Assembly (NCBI GenBank): GCA_946625925.1
Contig: CAMOTP010000003.1
Coordinates: forward strand, 1 to 35,055
Length of the DNA: 35,055 bases
Source of the DNA: an uncultured Alphaproteobacteria bacterium
Lineage (GTDB): Bacteria > Pseudomonadota > Alphaproteobacteria > Rs-D84
Direction: 5' to 3'
Below are positions 17,662-26,848 of the stretch, piece by piece. The notes under the pieces were generated by a model. That model was not told the origin of the DNA. It saw only the letters and a list, made by a program, of their open reading frames with translations, and ran no database searches. How positions within the stretch are numbered: position 1 is the stretch's first letter; every line of letters starts with the position of its first letter. The position numbers were made by a program, and so were the translations under genes.

Positions 17662-17690
17662 ATTATAGATATTTATTTGCCCATTTGCAA
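17662..17690 (-). promoter_or_regulatory. Sigma70 promoter of pnp
   Basis: Minus strand TTGCAA (17690-17685), 17-nt spacer, TATAAT (17667-17662). Confidence 0.75.
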
Positions 17691-17738
17691 ATTTTTTATG
17701 TAAAAAATAACAGACAGTTTTTTTATAAACAAATAATT

Positions 17739-17760
17739 AAATCGCCCATTTGGGCGATTT
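17739..17760. terminator. Hairpin after the Yip1-family gene
   Basis: AAATCGCCCA-TT-TGGGCGATTT next to the stop codon at 17762. Confidence 0.65.
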
Positions 17761-17761
17761 T

Positions 17762-18358
17762 TTATAATAAACACGATAATGTTGCGCTAGCATTTTTCAA
17801 CATAAACCAACCAACACGATAATCTGTTACATAAACAGTTAAAACAAATACAGCCAATATACCGATAATAATCATAACATTTGTTTTATTTCCTCGCATG
17901 CAATAAACAGATATACAATATAACATATATAAAACCCATGCATCCACAAATATACTGATTATCCACATAGACCAACAATTAAAAGCCAATGAATTTAATG
18001 CCAAAATCACTGGATACATGAAAAACACAGATGCCAAACCTTTTATTGCGATTTCCCAGTCGCGTTCGCCACCTGTTATTTCAGAAATCAACATCAGCAA
18101 TCCGCCCATGATAAACAATAAAGCAACAGCTAACACTGGAACAATGATTAATGCACCAAACACTGAACCGATTGTTATTGTTGAACCACCAATCAAACGT
18201 AAAAATAATACCAATGCCCCGCCAATTAAACCATAAATAAATGCCAAAAACATTGATTCTTCCATGTCGCCATCTGCAACAATTTTTTTAAAGAAGCTTT
18301 TAGGATTTAAAACCGCATCACGAATATTTGTAAGCAATCGTCTAGTTTTATAATGCAT
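17762..18358 (-). CDS. Yip1-family membrane protein
   Basis: N-terminal VLNPKSFFKKI motif, five TM segments, GG hinge, GAGG SD. Confidence 0.7.
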   Translation of the reverse strand: MHYKTRRLLTNIRDAVLNPKSFFKKIVADGDMEESMFLAFIYGLIGGALVLFLRLIGGSTITIGSVFGALIIVPVLAVALLFIMGGLLMLISEITGGERDWEIAIKGLASVFFMYPVILALNSLAFNCWSMWIISIFVDAWVLYMLYCISVYCMRGNKTNVMIIIGILAVFVLTVYVTDYRVGWFMLKNASATLSCLL

Positions 18359-18429
18359 TTTTTCACCTCTTCTTATTTGCTTATTAATATTTTTGCTTTA
18401 TAATTATAAAAAAATAAACGGAAAAAACA

Positions 18430-19767
18430 ATGATAAAAGTAATAATAGCGGGTCGCCCGAATACAGGTAAATCAACTTTGTTTAATGCGCTGACTGGAAC
18501 GCGTGATGCGCTGGTGCACGACAGACCAGGTGTTACACGTGATACAATCAGTGGTACAATCAAGGGCAGGGGGTATCAGGTTTTTGATACCGCAGGTTTA
18601 GAGAACGCTAAAAGTGGTATTGCTGCTGATTCTACAAATATGGCGGTAAACGCAATTGCAATGGCTGATGCTGTTTTATTTGTTGTTGATGGTCGTGTTG
18701 GATTGACACCTATGGATTTAGAATGGGCAAAATTGGTACATCGTAAAACACGTGCGCCTGTTTTATTATTGGTTAATAAATCGGAATCAATGAAACGTGT
18801 TGCCGATATAAATGATTTTTATAAATTAGGTTGTGGTGAACCTGTTTTGATATCGGCTGAACATAAACGCGGTTTTGATGAAATTTTTGAATTTTTGGAT
18901 AAAATTGCCGGTGATACAAATACAGATGACAATATTTCAGAAATAACCCCAGATAACCGTTTGAAAATTGCAGTATTGGGACAGCCAAATGTTGGTAAAT
19001 CTACATTTGTAAATCGTGTTTTAGGCGAAAAGAGACAAATTGTTATGGATGCCCCTGGCATTACACGTGATACCGTAAAAATTCCAACACACTTTTATGG
19101 ACGTGATATTGTATTAATGGATACCGCTGGATTGCGTCGCAAGGCTGGTGTGACTGATGATGTTGAAACATTATCGGCATTAAAGGCACTGGATTCTATT
19201 GATAAATCTGATGTTGTAATTTTGGTTGTTGATGCAACAAAAAATATAGAAAACCAGGCTTTGGGAATTGCTGCTCGTGTATATGATGCCGGTAAAATAT
19301 TGTGTGTTGCATTAAATAAATGGGATTTGGTCGAACCGGAATTGCGTGATGAAAAGTTGTTAAAGTTAAAACATCAATTTACAAATTCATTTCATCAAAT
19401 TATCAAACCCATGATATTGGCGATATCTGCTGAAACAGGCACTGGTGTCCAAAATATGTTCAAAAGAATATATCAACAATGGGATATTTCAACCGCATCT
19501 GTTCCAACCAGTTTATTAAATAGAATTGTTGAAAAATTGGTTGCAGACAGACAACCGCCAATGTCGCGTTTGAAACGTGCAATGCGTATTAAATTTGCCA
19601 GACAAACTGGTCGTCATCCAATGCGTATATTGATAAATGTTGGGGGTGCATCTGATATTCCAGAATCTTATACACGTTATTTACGTCGTGGAATTGCCAA
19701 GGCATTGGAATGGGAACACTTACCAATTGTAATAGAGTATGAAAAATCGGAAAATCCTTTTGATTGA
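18430..19767 (+). CDS. der: Ribosome biogenesis GTPase Der (EngA)
   Basis: Two G domains (GRPNTGKST/DTAG/NKSE and GQPNVGKST/DTAG/NKWD) and a KH-like tail with SYTRYL. Confidence 0.96.
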   Translation: MIKVIIAGRPNTGKSTLFNALTGTRDALVHDRPGVTRDTISGTIKGRGYQVFDTAGLENAKSGIAADSTNMAVNAIAMADAVLFVVDGRVGLTPMDLEWAKLVHRKTRAPVLLLVNKSESMKRVADINDFYKLGCGEPVLISAEHKRGFDEIFEFLDKIAGDTNTDDNISEITPDNRLKIAVLGQPNVGKSTFVNRVLGEKRQIVMDAPGITRDTVKIPTHFYGRDIVLMDTAGLRRKAGVTDDVETLSALKALDSIDKSDVVILVVDATKNIENQALGIAARVYDAGKILCVALNKWDLVEPELRDEKLLKLKHQFTNSFHQIIKPMILAISAETGTGVQNMFKRIYQQWDISTASVPTSLLNRIVEKLVADRQPPMSRLKRAMRIKFARQTGRHPMRILINVGGASDIPESYTRYLRRGIAKALEWEHLPIVIEYEKSENPFD

Positions 19768-19800
19768 TATGCTGCTATCAATCAAAATCTATCCGTCACA

Positions 19801-19831
19801 AAAAAAGACCGCATTTATATGCGGTCTTTTT
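19801..19831. terminator. Bidirectional terminator between der and lpoB
   Basis: AAAAAAGACCGCAT-TTAT-ATGCGGTCTTTTT. Confidence 0.85.
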
Positions 19832-19847
19832 GTTTATATAATTGTTT

Positions 19848-20453
19848 TTACCATGTTGGTGCATGATCGCCTTCTTTAACAATAGGCTGTTCATCTTCCC
19901 ATACAGATAAACCAGTTTTCAAATTAGTAAGTGTTAATTGTAAATAATATTCTACACGTGTATCTGTCGAAGAAAACCAACCAGAATTCAATTTCAAATT
20001 ACGTTGAATCATTTTACCAGACAAAGACATGTTTGGCGCAATCAATGTTCCTTTTTGTGCAAATGTTGATTGGTCATATTCATCGTTGCCACGTGTATTG
20101 CGTACATTGTTGCTGGTTGTATCTTCGCCTGTAAAGTTTGTTGCGATTTGTGCACGGCCAGATTTCAAAATTGTTGTACGGATTTTTTTAATCAAAATAT
20201 CCGTATCAAATCTTTGCATTGTGTCGTTTTTAATATTTGCCACCGCAATAACAGGTTTGGAAACACCGGTCAGTGCATTACTTTTTAACATAGAATCAGT
20301 CATGTTTGTGGCGGCTTTTTCCCAATCGCGATATTCTAATTCCATAACATCTTGCATTGTTGCGACATCCCTGGTGTCATCTAAATCAACGACACGTGTT
20401 TGCCCACATGCTGCCAAAACAGCACACAGTGCAATAGGTAATAATTTTTTCAT
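19848..20453 (-). CDS. Penicillin-binding protein activator LpoB-family lipoprotein
   Basis: Lipobox LAAC, M.DSML, KPVI.V..IKNDT....DT, G...A....LSG.., YYLQLTLTNLKTG..VWEDE..I.K pattern of COG3417/LpoB. Confidence 0.8.
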   Translation of the reverse strand: MKKLLPIALCAVLAACGQTRVVDLDDTRDVATMQDVMELEYRDWEKAATNMTDSMLKSNALTGVSKPVIAVANIKNDTMQRFDTDILIKKIRTTILKSGRAQIATNFTGEDTTSNNVRNTRGNDEYDQSTFAQKGTLIAPNMSLSGKMIQRNLKLNSGWFSSTDTRVEYYLQLTLTNLKTGLSVWEDEQPIVKEGDHAPTW

Positions 20454-20465
20454 ATTTACTCCTTT

Positions 20466-21719
20466 TTATATCTTAAATATATGTACAATTGGTTTTGATT
20501 GTGTCAATCGTACATAAATTAAATGGTTTCCAGATGACGGTAATTTTATATCTGACCCAATACTATCACTTAAATTAGAATCAATCAAGTCAGCTGTTTT
20601 TAATCGTAAAACACTAATGGTTTCAGGTAATGTCACCCATGAACGAACCTCGGCATTGGTGGTTGCCATAGAATATATTGTTGAACCCAAACCAATTAAT
20701 TCAGAAAGATTACTTTTTGAATTATATGCAGCTGCCTGTGCAACAGCACGCGCAGAAGCCGATGTCCAGGCACGCAAAGCATCATTGATTCTGTATTGGT
20801 TAAATTCCGTCATAAACATTGCATTTACATCCGCAAGTGGTTTTGCCCCAGATACAGATAAAGTGCCGTTCCAAAATTGTGGTTCTGCAATTGCGATACC
20901 CGCAACAATTACACCTTTGCCTGTTGCAACAGGTAATGAAAGTTCTTTTTGTTCTAATATTGGCGCAAACCCAGATTCAATAAATACCCATGTTGTATCA
21001 TGTGGTTTTGTCTTGTTTTCAGATAGTTTCAAATCTTCAGATATAAAACTATTATTTGGTGACATACCGCTGGCACGTTTCAGATATGTTTGTGCATCAT
21101 TAAAATCACCGGCATTCAAGAACCAAATCCCAGATAAATACATCAATGCCGGATTCATAATATCAGTATATGCCGCCCATTGATTATTTTTTAATTCATT
21201 CATCAATTCTGAATTTTCATTTGCGATGCGTTCCTGATTTTTTTTCACTAATTCAGAATAAGCGCGTGACATATCTTGTTGTCGGGCATATGATTGGTTA
21301 ATAATAACGCGGACATCGTTTTTACGATTATCACCAATAGCATCCCAAATTTGATAATATGATACAAATAAAGAGTCCATCATTGATGGTTTGTATTCGC
21401 TTACCAGTTGCCCACCGATTAAAATTTTCATTTCACGCAATGCGCTGCCACCAATTGTATCGATGTTTCTTTTATTGAATTCTTCGAAAGTATCATCGCT
21501 GGCTTTATAATTTTTTGCCTGGAATTGTGAAAGACCTGTGATTAATAATTGTAAATTATCTTGGTCTTTAATATCCGCCCCACCAGAATATTTATCTACG
21601 GATTCTATAAAATTATCATGTGCAAAATCATTGCGTATACTACGCAATTCGGATGTCGTGATATTGGCACATCCGGCAAATATTAATAAACCCAAAAAAA
21701 CACAAGCAATTTTTTTCAT
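20466..21719 (-). CDS. COG3014-like helical-repeat lipoprotein (usual lpoB neighbour)
   Basis: Lipobox FAGC, EY.P...D, NPALMYLSGI, VFIESGFAP, AEVRSWVTLP. Directly upstream of the lpoB-like gene. Confidence 0.7.
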   Translation of the reverse strand: MKKIACVFLGLLIFAGCANITTSELRSIRNDFAHDNFIESVDKYSGGADIKDQDNLQLLITGLSQFQAKNYKASDDTFEEFNKRNIDTIGGSALREMKILIGGQLVSEYKPSMMDSLFVSYYQIWDAIGDNRKNDVRVIINQSYARQQDMSRAYSELVKKNQERIANENSELMNELKNNQWAAYTDIMNPALMYLSGIWFLNAGDFNDAQTYLKRASGMSPNNSFISEDLKLSENKTKPHDTTWVFIESGFAPILEQKELSLPVATGKGVIVAGIAIAEPQFWNGTLSVSGAKPLADVNAMFMTEFNQYRINDALRAWTSASARAVAQAAAYNSKSNLSELIGLGSTIYSMATTNAEVRSWVTLPETISVLRLKTADLIDSNLSDSIGSDIKLPSSGNHLIYVRLTQSKPIVHIFKI

Positions 21720-21723
21720 AAAA

Positions 21724-23994
21724 CTATTCAGATAAAACTTTAATTGTTTTTGTCGCTGGGTCTAAAAATCTAATAGTTCCAGTATATCCCATGGCTTTAC
21801 AGTGTTGTGGAACCAAAAATTCTGGCATAGGGGCACTTTCGCCCATTTGGATTTTTGCAGCAATAGATTTTTGAATATCGGTTTTCATTTTATACCATCT
21901 TTCCTGGCTGGCCTCAATTGGTCTGTTATAATATCCTTGGTACAAAACAATTTGTTTTTCTTCGGGTAATGTCATAATGTCCATTGGTGAATATAATGGT
22001 TTCGGTGTTTTGGTTTCTTCGGATTCTTTGCCATCTTTATCAATTTTCTTTTCTTTTTTGATTTCGTCGCCAATCATCCGAGAAAATCTTTCTGCGGTTT
22101 CATAATCATTTTGTCGCATAATAATTTTTGCTGCGGTTGTTGAAATAATTGTGGCAGCGGCATCTTCACCATATTTTTCACGAATCTGGTGGATGTCCTG
22201 ACCAATGATTAAATAAGAAATCTTTTGACCACGTCCCAAATCAGGTCCCTGGATAACAGCATCCAATTTTTGCATTTTTGGCATTTCGTCCAACACAAAT
22301 AATACCGGATATGGTCCCAACCGTTTTCCGTTTGAACTGGTTGTGTCAGGGGTGTTCACCAGCAAATAATTTGACATCAATTCAATAAATATACCTGTGA
22401 TAGGATTTAATGCTTGGGCATCAACCATATTAATTGATAAATATACTGTCACAGGTTTTATTTTTCCGTCCTTTGGATCACGTAATCCACGTAAATCTTC
22501 GAAATGGAAATCTGAATGGGATGTTCTATTGCGCACAGCGGCATTACGGAATACACCTAATCCTGCCATAATTGTTGATAATATTGATCCGCGTTCTTTA
22601 TCAGGTGTATTTGCTAATTGTGTTAATTCCAATACCGCACGGTGTGCATAGGCAAATTCGACTGCTTCATTTACGGCTTCTTCCAATACATCTTTCATTG
22701 GGTCTGCCAATGCCACCATTTGATCGCCTTGACGTTTGCGTTCTTCTAACGCAGCAGCATTTGCCAATTGTGCCGCATTTAACCAATCCAAAATCAATGA
22801 CAATGATGCCTCTTTGCCTACCCATGCATCGGGAATATTTTTCCATGTACCGACATGCACATAATTCATGGCATTTAATTCACCACGTTGTAATAACCCC
22901 AGTGCAGCAAAAGCATTAGAATTACTGGTCATTGCCAAATAATATTGCATCAAAACATTAGAATCTTCTTGGTTAAATTCGCCAGATTGTAATCTCGAAT
23001 AAAAATAATCATCGGCCTTGGCACGTTCTATTTTTGAAACAATATATTGTATGAATCCGGATAATCCGGCGCGCCCAGAAATAGACCAATGTGGGTCAGC
23101 ACTGCTTCCGGAAACATCTGGCACCAAAACTTTGCAAATCGTATCAATATACAAATCGCGTTGTTCTGTTTCAAAAGGCACATGTTCCGGTGATAATGGA
23201 TTCCATGATGGATAAAAAATCCCGCGTTCTGGATCATCTTGTCCTGCCCAGTTCATAACAAATACAGGTCCAATTGTCGCACGATATCCCGATGTTGATT
23301 GTTTTAACTCTGGTTTTGGGTCGTTAATAATCATTGAAACAGTATCGCATTCAACAATTGTTGGTTCCACAACGGCTCTTGTTTTACCTGATCCCGGAGG
23401 CGCCACGCACAAAACAGATAATGTTTCGTCCAACATCAATGGTTTTGTTTTTTTACCGTCTTTAAAATATCCCAAAACCATCATAAAACCATTAAACAGG
23501 CCTTCGGTATTTTTCCAATTTTTACCCATTTTCTTGATGTCTTCGGCGGTTGCCTTACGCGAAGATTTTTCATCATATATATCCTTGCCATGTGGATTAA
23601 ATTCTTTGGTCAACGTATCATCAGACACGAAATAAAAGGCGATTATTGGCAAAATCGGCATAATACACCAAAAATCAGGTCGCACTAATGAACGGCCAAT
23701 CCAACCAGGAATAGCGGCCACCACAGACAACCCAAATGTTTTTATGGCATCTGTCAGAAATATGCTTGACCAATGTGCTGTTGCGGGCGACCAACCATAA
23801 CGAAAAGCATGCTCTAAAACAAAAGCCAACGCAAAAGCCGCTGCACAAATCAGCCACATAAATGCGTTCCAACGGAATACCCAGAACATCTGGGCCATTG
23901 GGCCTTTTTCATGTTCTTTGTACGCGGTGGATTTGAAAATATTCAAACCTTTTGACGATCCGCCTGCAGATAAAATATTGAATTTTTCAACCAT
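21724..23994 (-). CDS. virD4: Type IV secretion coupling protein, VirD4/TraG family
   Basis: N-terminal TM segments, Walker A APPGSGKT..VV.PT, INDPKPEL...T...R, WNPL, DPHW, TS.SDF...DLR, Walker B FVLDEMP.M.KL, GRG......IGQD..QI...YG. Start set at ATG 23994 because the longer ORF overlaps rsmE. Confidence 0.88.
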   Translation of the reverse strand: MVEKFNILSAGGSSKGLNIFKSTAYKEHEKGPMAQMFWVFRWNAFMWLICAAAFALAFVLEHAFRYGWSPATAHWSSIFLTDAIKTFGLSVVAAIPGWIGRSLVRPDFWCIMPILPIIAFYFVSDDTLTKEFNPHGKDIYDEKSSRKATAEDIKKMGKNWKNTEGLFNGFMMVLGYFKDGKKTKPLMLDETLSVLCVAPPGSGKTRAVVEPTIVECDTVSMIINDPKPELKQSTSGYRATIGPVFVMNWAGQDDPERGIFYPSWNPLSPEHVPFETEQRDLYIDTICKVLVPDVSGSSADPHWSISGRAGLSGFIQYIVSKIERAKADDYFYSRLQSGEFNQEDSNVLMQYYLAMTSNSNAFAALGLLQRGELNAMNYVHVGTWKNIPDAWVGKEASLSLILDWLNAAQLANAAALEERKRQGDQMVALADPMKDVLEEAVNEAVEFAYAHRAVLELTQLANTPDKERGSILSTIMAGLGVFRNAAVRNRTSHSDFHFEDLRGLRDPKDGKIKPVTVYLSINMVDAQALNPITGIFIELMSNYLLVNTPDTTSSNGKRLGPYPVLFVLDEMPKMQKLDAVIQGPDLGRGQKISYLIIGQDIHQIREKYGEDAAATIISTTAAKIIMRQNDYETAERFSRMIGDEIKKEKKIDKDGKESEETKTPKPLYSPMDIMTLPEEKQIVLYQGYYNRPIEASQERWYKMKTDIQKSIAAKIQMGESAPMPEFLVPQHCKAMGYTGTIRFLDPATKTIKVLSE

Positions 23995-24050
23995 GGTGTT
24001 ATCATTATACCAGAAAAAAACGTTCAGATAAATCACGAAATGCAAAAAAT

Positions 24051-24707
24051 ATGAAAAATATACCAAGAATTTTTATAGGTACAGATATTACAAGTGGTAG
24101 TATAATACCAGTTGACAAGTCTGTTATACATTATTTGTCGCATGTTATGCGTTGTAATAATTGTTTGGTGTTTGGTAATGCTTGTGAATACAATGCTGTG
24201 CTAAACCCAGACGGTAAAACAATAACAGTTGGTGAAAAAACAGAACATAACGATCCGTCTAATGATATTACACTATATTTTTCACCAATAAAACGGTTGG
24301 ACGATATGATGAATATGGCCACCCAAATGGGAATTGCAAAATTTGTCCCTGTAATAACAGAACGTACGGTCGCAAAACACATAAACTGGGAACGTATGAA
24401 AAAAATAGTTGTTGAGGCATCCGAACAATCAAACCGTAATAGTGTCCCAGAAATCGCGACACCAATAAAATTTAATGAATTGCCTTTTTCTGATATTGTT
24501 GTTGCAGATGAACGTGCAGCATACGGCATGCAAATGCAAAATGAATATAAAAATCATAAGGCTGTTTTAATCGGCCCCGAAGGCGGCTTTTCTGATGCAG
24601 AATTTGAAATTCTGGATAAAAATCATGTGCCGGGTATATCTTTGGGAAAAACAATTTTACGTGCCGAATTGGCGGCACCTATTGCAATAGCAAGGTTGGT
24701 TGAATAA
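24051..24707 (+). CDS. rsmE: 16S rRNA m3U1498 methyltransferase RsmE
   Basis: HYLSHVMR, ATQMG, EASEQSNR, IGPEGGFS..E, SLGKTILRAE.A. Confidence 0.95.
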   Translation: MKNIPRIFIGTDITSGSIIPVDKSVIHYLSHVMRCNNCLVFGNACEYNAVLNPDGKTITVGEKTEHNDPSNDITLYFSPIKRLDDMMNMATQMGIAKFVPVITERTVAKHINWERMKKIVVEASEQSNRNSVPEIATPIKFNELPFSDIVVADERAAYGMQMQNEYKNHKAVLIGPEGGFSDAEFEILDKNHVPGISLGKTILRAELAAPIAIARLVE

Positions 24708-24708
24708 T

Positions 24709-25404
24709 ATGGATACAAGAATCGCAAAATTTATAGCACATACCGGAATCGCATCCAGACGTGATGCTGAAAAATTAATTGAATCGGGTGCTGTTGCGGT
24801 TAATGGAATTGTTCTAGATTCGCCTGCGGTTAATGTGTCTGATACAGACGTTATCACAGTAAATGGTAATGTTATAAATAAACAAACTCGAACAGAATTA
24901 TATATTTTTAACAAACCATTAAACACTATGACCACTGTGCGCGACCCACTTGCGCGGAAAACAATTTATGATGTATTGCCGGATGAATATAAAAATTTAC
25001 GTTATGTTGGCAGGTTGGATTATAAAACAACAGGTTTATTGTTAATGACAAATGATGGTGATTTGGCGCGAAAATTAACATTACCAACAAACAAAATTCC
25101 GCGTACATATATTGCGCGTGTTGGGGGAACAAAACAAAATTTTGATATTGCACGTCGTGGTGCAACGGTTGATGGTGTTCATTATAGACCGATGGAAATA
25201 ACAGAAATATCCCCAGGAAAAATTCGTGTTGTTGTGACCGAAGGAAAAAAGAACGAAATAAGAATTGTTTTGCGTGCTTGTGGTGCGCCTGTGCAAAAAT
25301 TACACAGGGAATCTTTTGGAAATTTGAAATTGGGAAATTTGGCATCTGGAAAAATTATCAAAGTATCACAGAAAGATATTGACGAACTCTTGAAAACTCT
25401 TTAA
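24709..25404 (+). CDS. RsuA/RluB-family rRNA pseudouridine synthase
   Basis: S4 domain RIAKFIA..GIASRR.AE, NKP, catalytic VGRLDYKTTGLLLMTNDG, EGKKNEIR. Confidence 0.93.
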   Translation: MDTRIAKFIAHTGIASRRDAEKLIESGAVAVNGIVLDSPAVNVSDTDVITVNGNVINKQTRTELYIFNKPLNTMTTVRDPLARKTIYDVLPDEYKNLRYVGRLDYKTTGLLLMTNDGDLARKLTLPTNKIPRTYIARVGGTKQNFDIARRGATVDGVHYRPMEITEISPGKIRVVVTEGKKNEIRIVLRACGAPVQKLHRESFGNLKLGNLASGKIIKVSQKDIDELLKTL

Positions 25405-25440
25405 TATTTATATCAAGAGAATCAATCAAGGGGGGCATAT

Positions 25441-26457
25441 ATGCGCAAAATCTTAAAAAAATCCATCGGAACAAATAAAGAAAATTCCACAAAAACCGCG
25501 GGTTCTACATGGTCTACACCAATTTATGTATATTGGTTTATAATTTTGTTTTTCATTGCGGCTACATTTTATATTTTGGGACGCAGTCATGGAATGTTGC
25601 ATAATCCCGCGACATTAAACGAAGAAATTTTGATGCAGGCGTCTGATTATTTTAATTCAGGCAAAGCAAAATTAGAATCTGGCGATATCGAAGGTGCAAT
25701 CGCAGATTTGACTGCTGTGGTTGATTCTGGTGCCGTATCTGGAACTGCGTATCTTGCCCGTGGTGAAGCATATATGTTGTATGGTGATTACAAAAAAGCA
25801 TTGTCAGATTTTCAATCTGCCATTGAACATGATACAACAAACATTATGGCATTTTATGACAAGGCATTGTTGGAAATGCGCCTAGAAGATTACGAATCTG
25901 CAATGATTGATATCAATAATGCGTTGGCATTGGCGGCAACGTCATCTAACCCAGTTGTGCCTATCCGTGATTTGTATGCAAAACGTGGTCAATTAAATTT
26001 GTGGCAAAAAAATTGGGATGGTGCGATTGCTGATTATACAAATTCTTTGGCACGTCCAGATGGTACGGTTTCGCCAAATGTATACGCAGAAAGGGCCGAG
26101 GCATACACTGCCAAAGGTGATTATACTGATGCAATCACAGATTATGCATCTGCGATGCAGGTTGTCAAAGAACAACTGGGCGGTATTGTTGATGTGGACG
26201 AAGGTGAAAGATTATCTCGTGATGTGATGTTATACACCGAAAAAACGGCTGCCTTATATTTGAAATTAAATAATAAAGATGCAGCATTGAATAGTTTGCA
26301 AAATGCATATCAAATAGCGATTACTTTGAATGATACTGAAACTGTTGAACGTTTAAGTGGATTGATGACAGATTTGAGTGCTGCAATCGCTGCTGAAAAA
26401 GCCGCGGCTGAGGCTGGTCAGGTTGTCACAATGGACCAGGTCCAAATCCAACAATAA
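25441..26457 (+). CDS. Membrane-anchored TPR protein
   Basis: One TM segment near the N-terminus, then repeated TPR motifs (YLARGEAY, YAKRG, YAERAEAY, AIADY). GGGGG SD. Confidence 0.8.
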   Translation: MRKILKKSIGTNKENSTKTAGSTWSTPIYVYWFIILFFIAATFYILGRSHGMLHNPATLNEEILMQASDYFNSGKAKLESGDIEGAIADLTAVVDSGAVSGTAYLARGEAYMLYGDYKKALSDFQSAIEHDTTNIMAFYDKALLEMRLEDYESAMIDINNALALAATSSNPVVPIRDLYAKRGQLNLWQKNWDGAIADYTNSLARPDGTVSPNVYAERAEAYTAKGDYTDAITDYASAMQVVKEQLGGIVDVDEGERLSRDVMLYTEKTAALYLKLNNKDAALNSLQNAYQIAITLNDTETVERLSGLMTDLSAAIAAEKAAAEAGQVVTMDQVQIQQ

Positions 26458-26480
26458 ATCAAAAAATCAAAAGTAAAATG

Positions 26481-26514
26481 AAAAAGGCACCAATATTTAT
26501 TGGTGCCTTTTTTT
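26481..26514 (+). terminator. Intrinsic terminator after the TPR gene
   Basis: AAAAAGGCACCAATA-TT-TATTGGTGCCTTTTTTT. Confidence 0.8.
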
Positions 26515-26516
26515 AC

Positions 26517-26545
26517 AAAAAAAACACCGCCAATCCAGGCGGTGT
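26517..26545 (-). terminator. Intrinsic terminator after rpsO
   Basis: ACACCGCC-AATCCA-GGCGGTGT, preceded on + by an A tract that is the U tract on the minus strand. Confidence 0.8.
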
Positions 26546-26563
26546 AAAACATTCCAGAAATTA

Positions 26564-26836
26564 TTATTTTCTCAAACCTAATTTTTTAATCAAAGCATCA
26601 TAATCAGCTTCGCTACGACGTTTGATGTATGCCAATAATTTCTTACGACGATTAACCATCAATAACAAACCGCGTTTGCTGTGTTCGTCTTTGTGATTGT
26701 TTTTCATGTGTTCTGTTAAATTACGGATACGTTCAGTTAAAACTGCAACTTGGGATGCAGCACTACCACCGTTATCTTTTTCAGACACTTTGAATTCTTT
26801 GATTAATTCAGTTTTTTTTGTTTTTGTAATGGACAT
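26564..26836 (-). CDS. rpsO: 30S ribosomal protein S15
   Basis: QVAVLTERI.NLT.H...HKD.HS.RGLL.MV.RRKKLL.Y, LGLRK. Confidence 0.98.
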   Translation of the reverse strand: MSITKTKKTELIKEFKVSEKDNGGSAASQVAVLTERIRNLTEHMKNNHKDEHSKRGLLLMVNRRKKLLAYIKRRSEADYDALIKKLGLRK

Positions 26837-26848
26837 TACATATTCCTT

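Noticed and set aside
17959-17967. Perfect DnaA box TTATCCACA (another on the minus strand at 32983-32991)
   Set aside because: Both are isolated copies inside coding sequences, compatible with chance.
21724-23994. virD4 as part of an ICE or integrated plasmid
   Set aside because: No integrase, relaxase, att repeats or other tra genes are present, and the flanks are housekeeping or envelope genes.
23995-24066. Longer VirD4 start at 24066
   Set aside because: It overlaps the rsmE start and covers the extended -10 element; ATG 23994 is more plausible.
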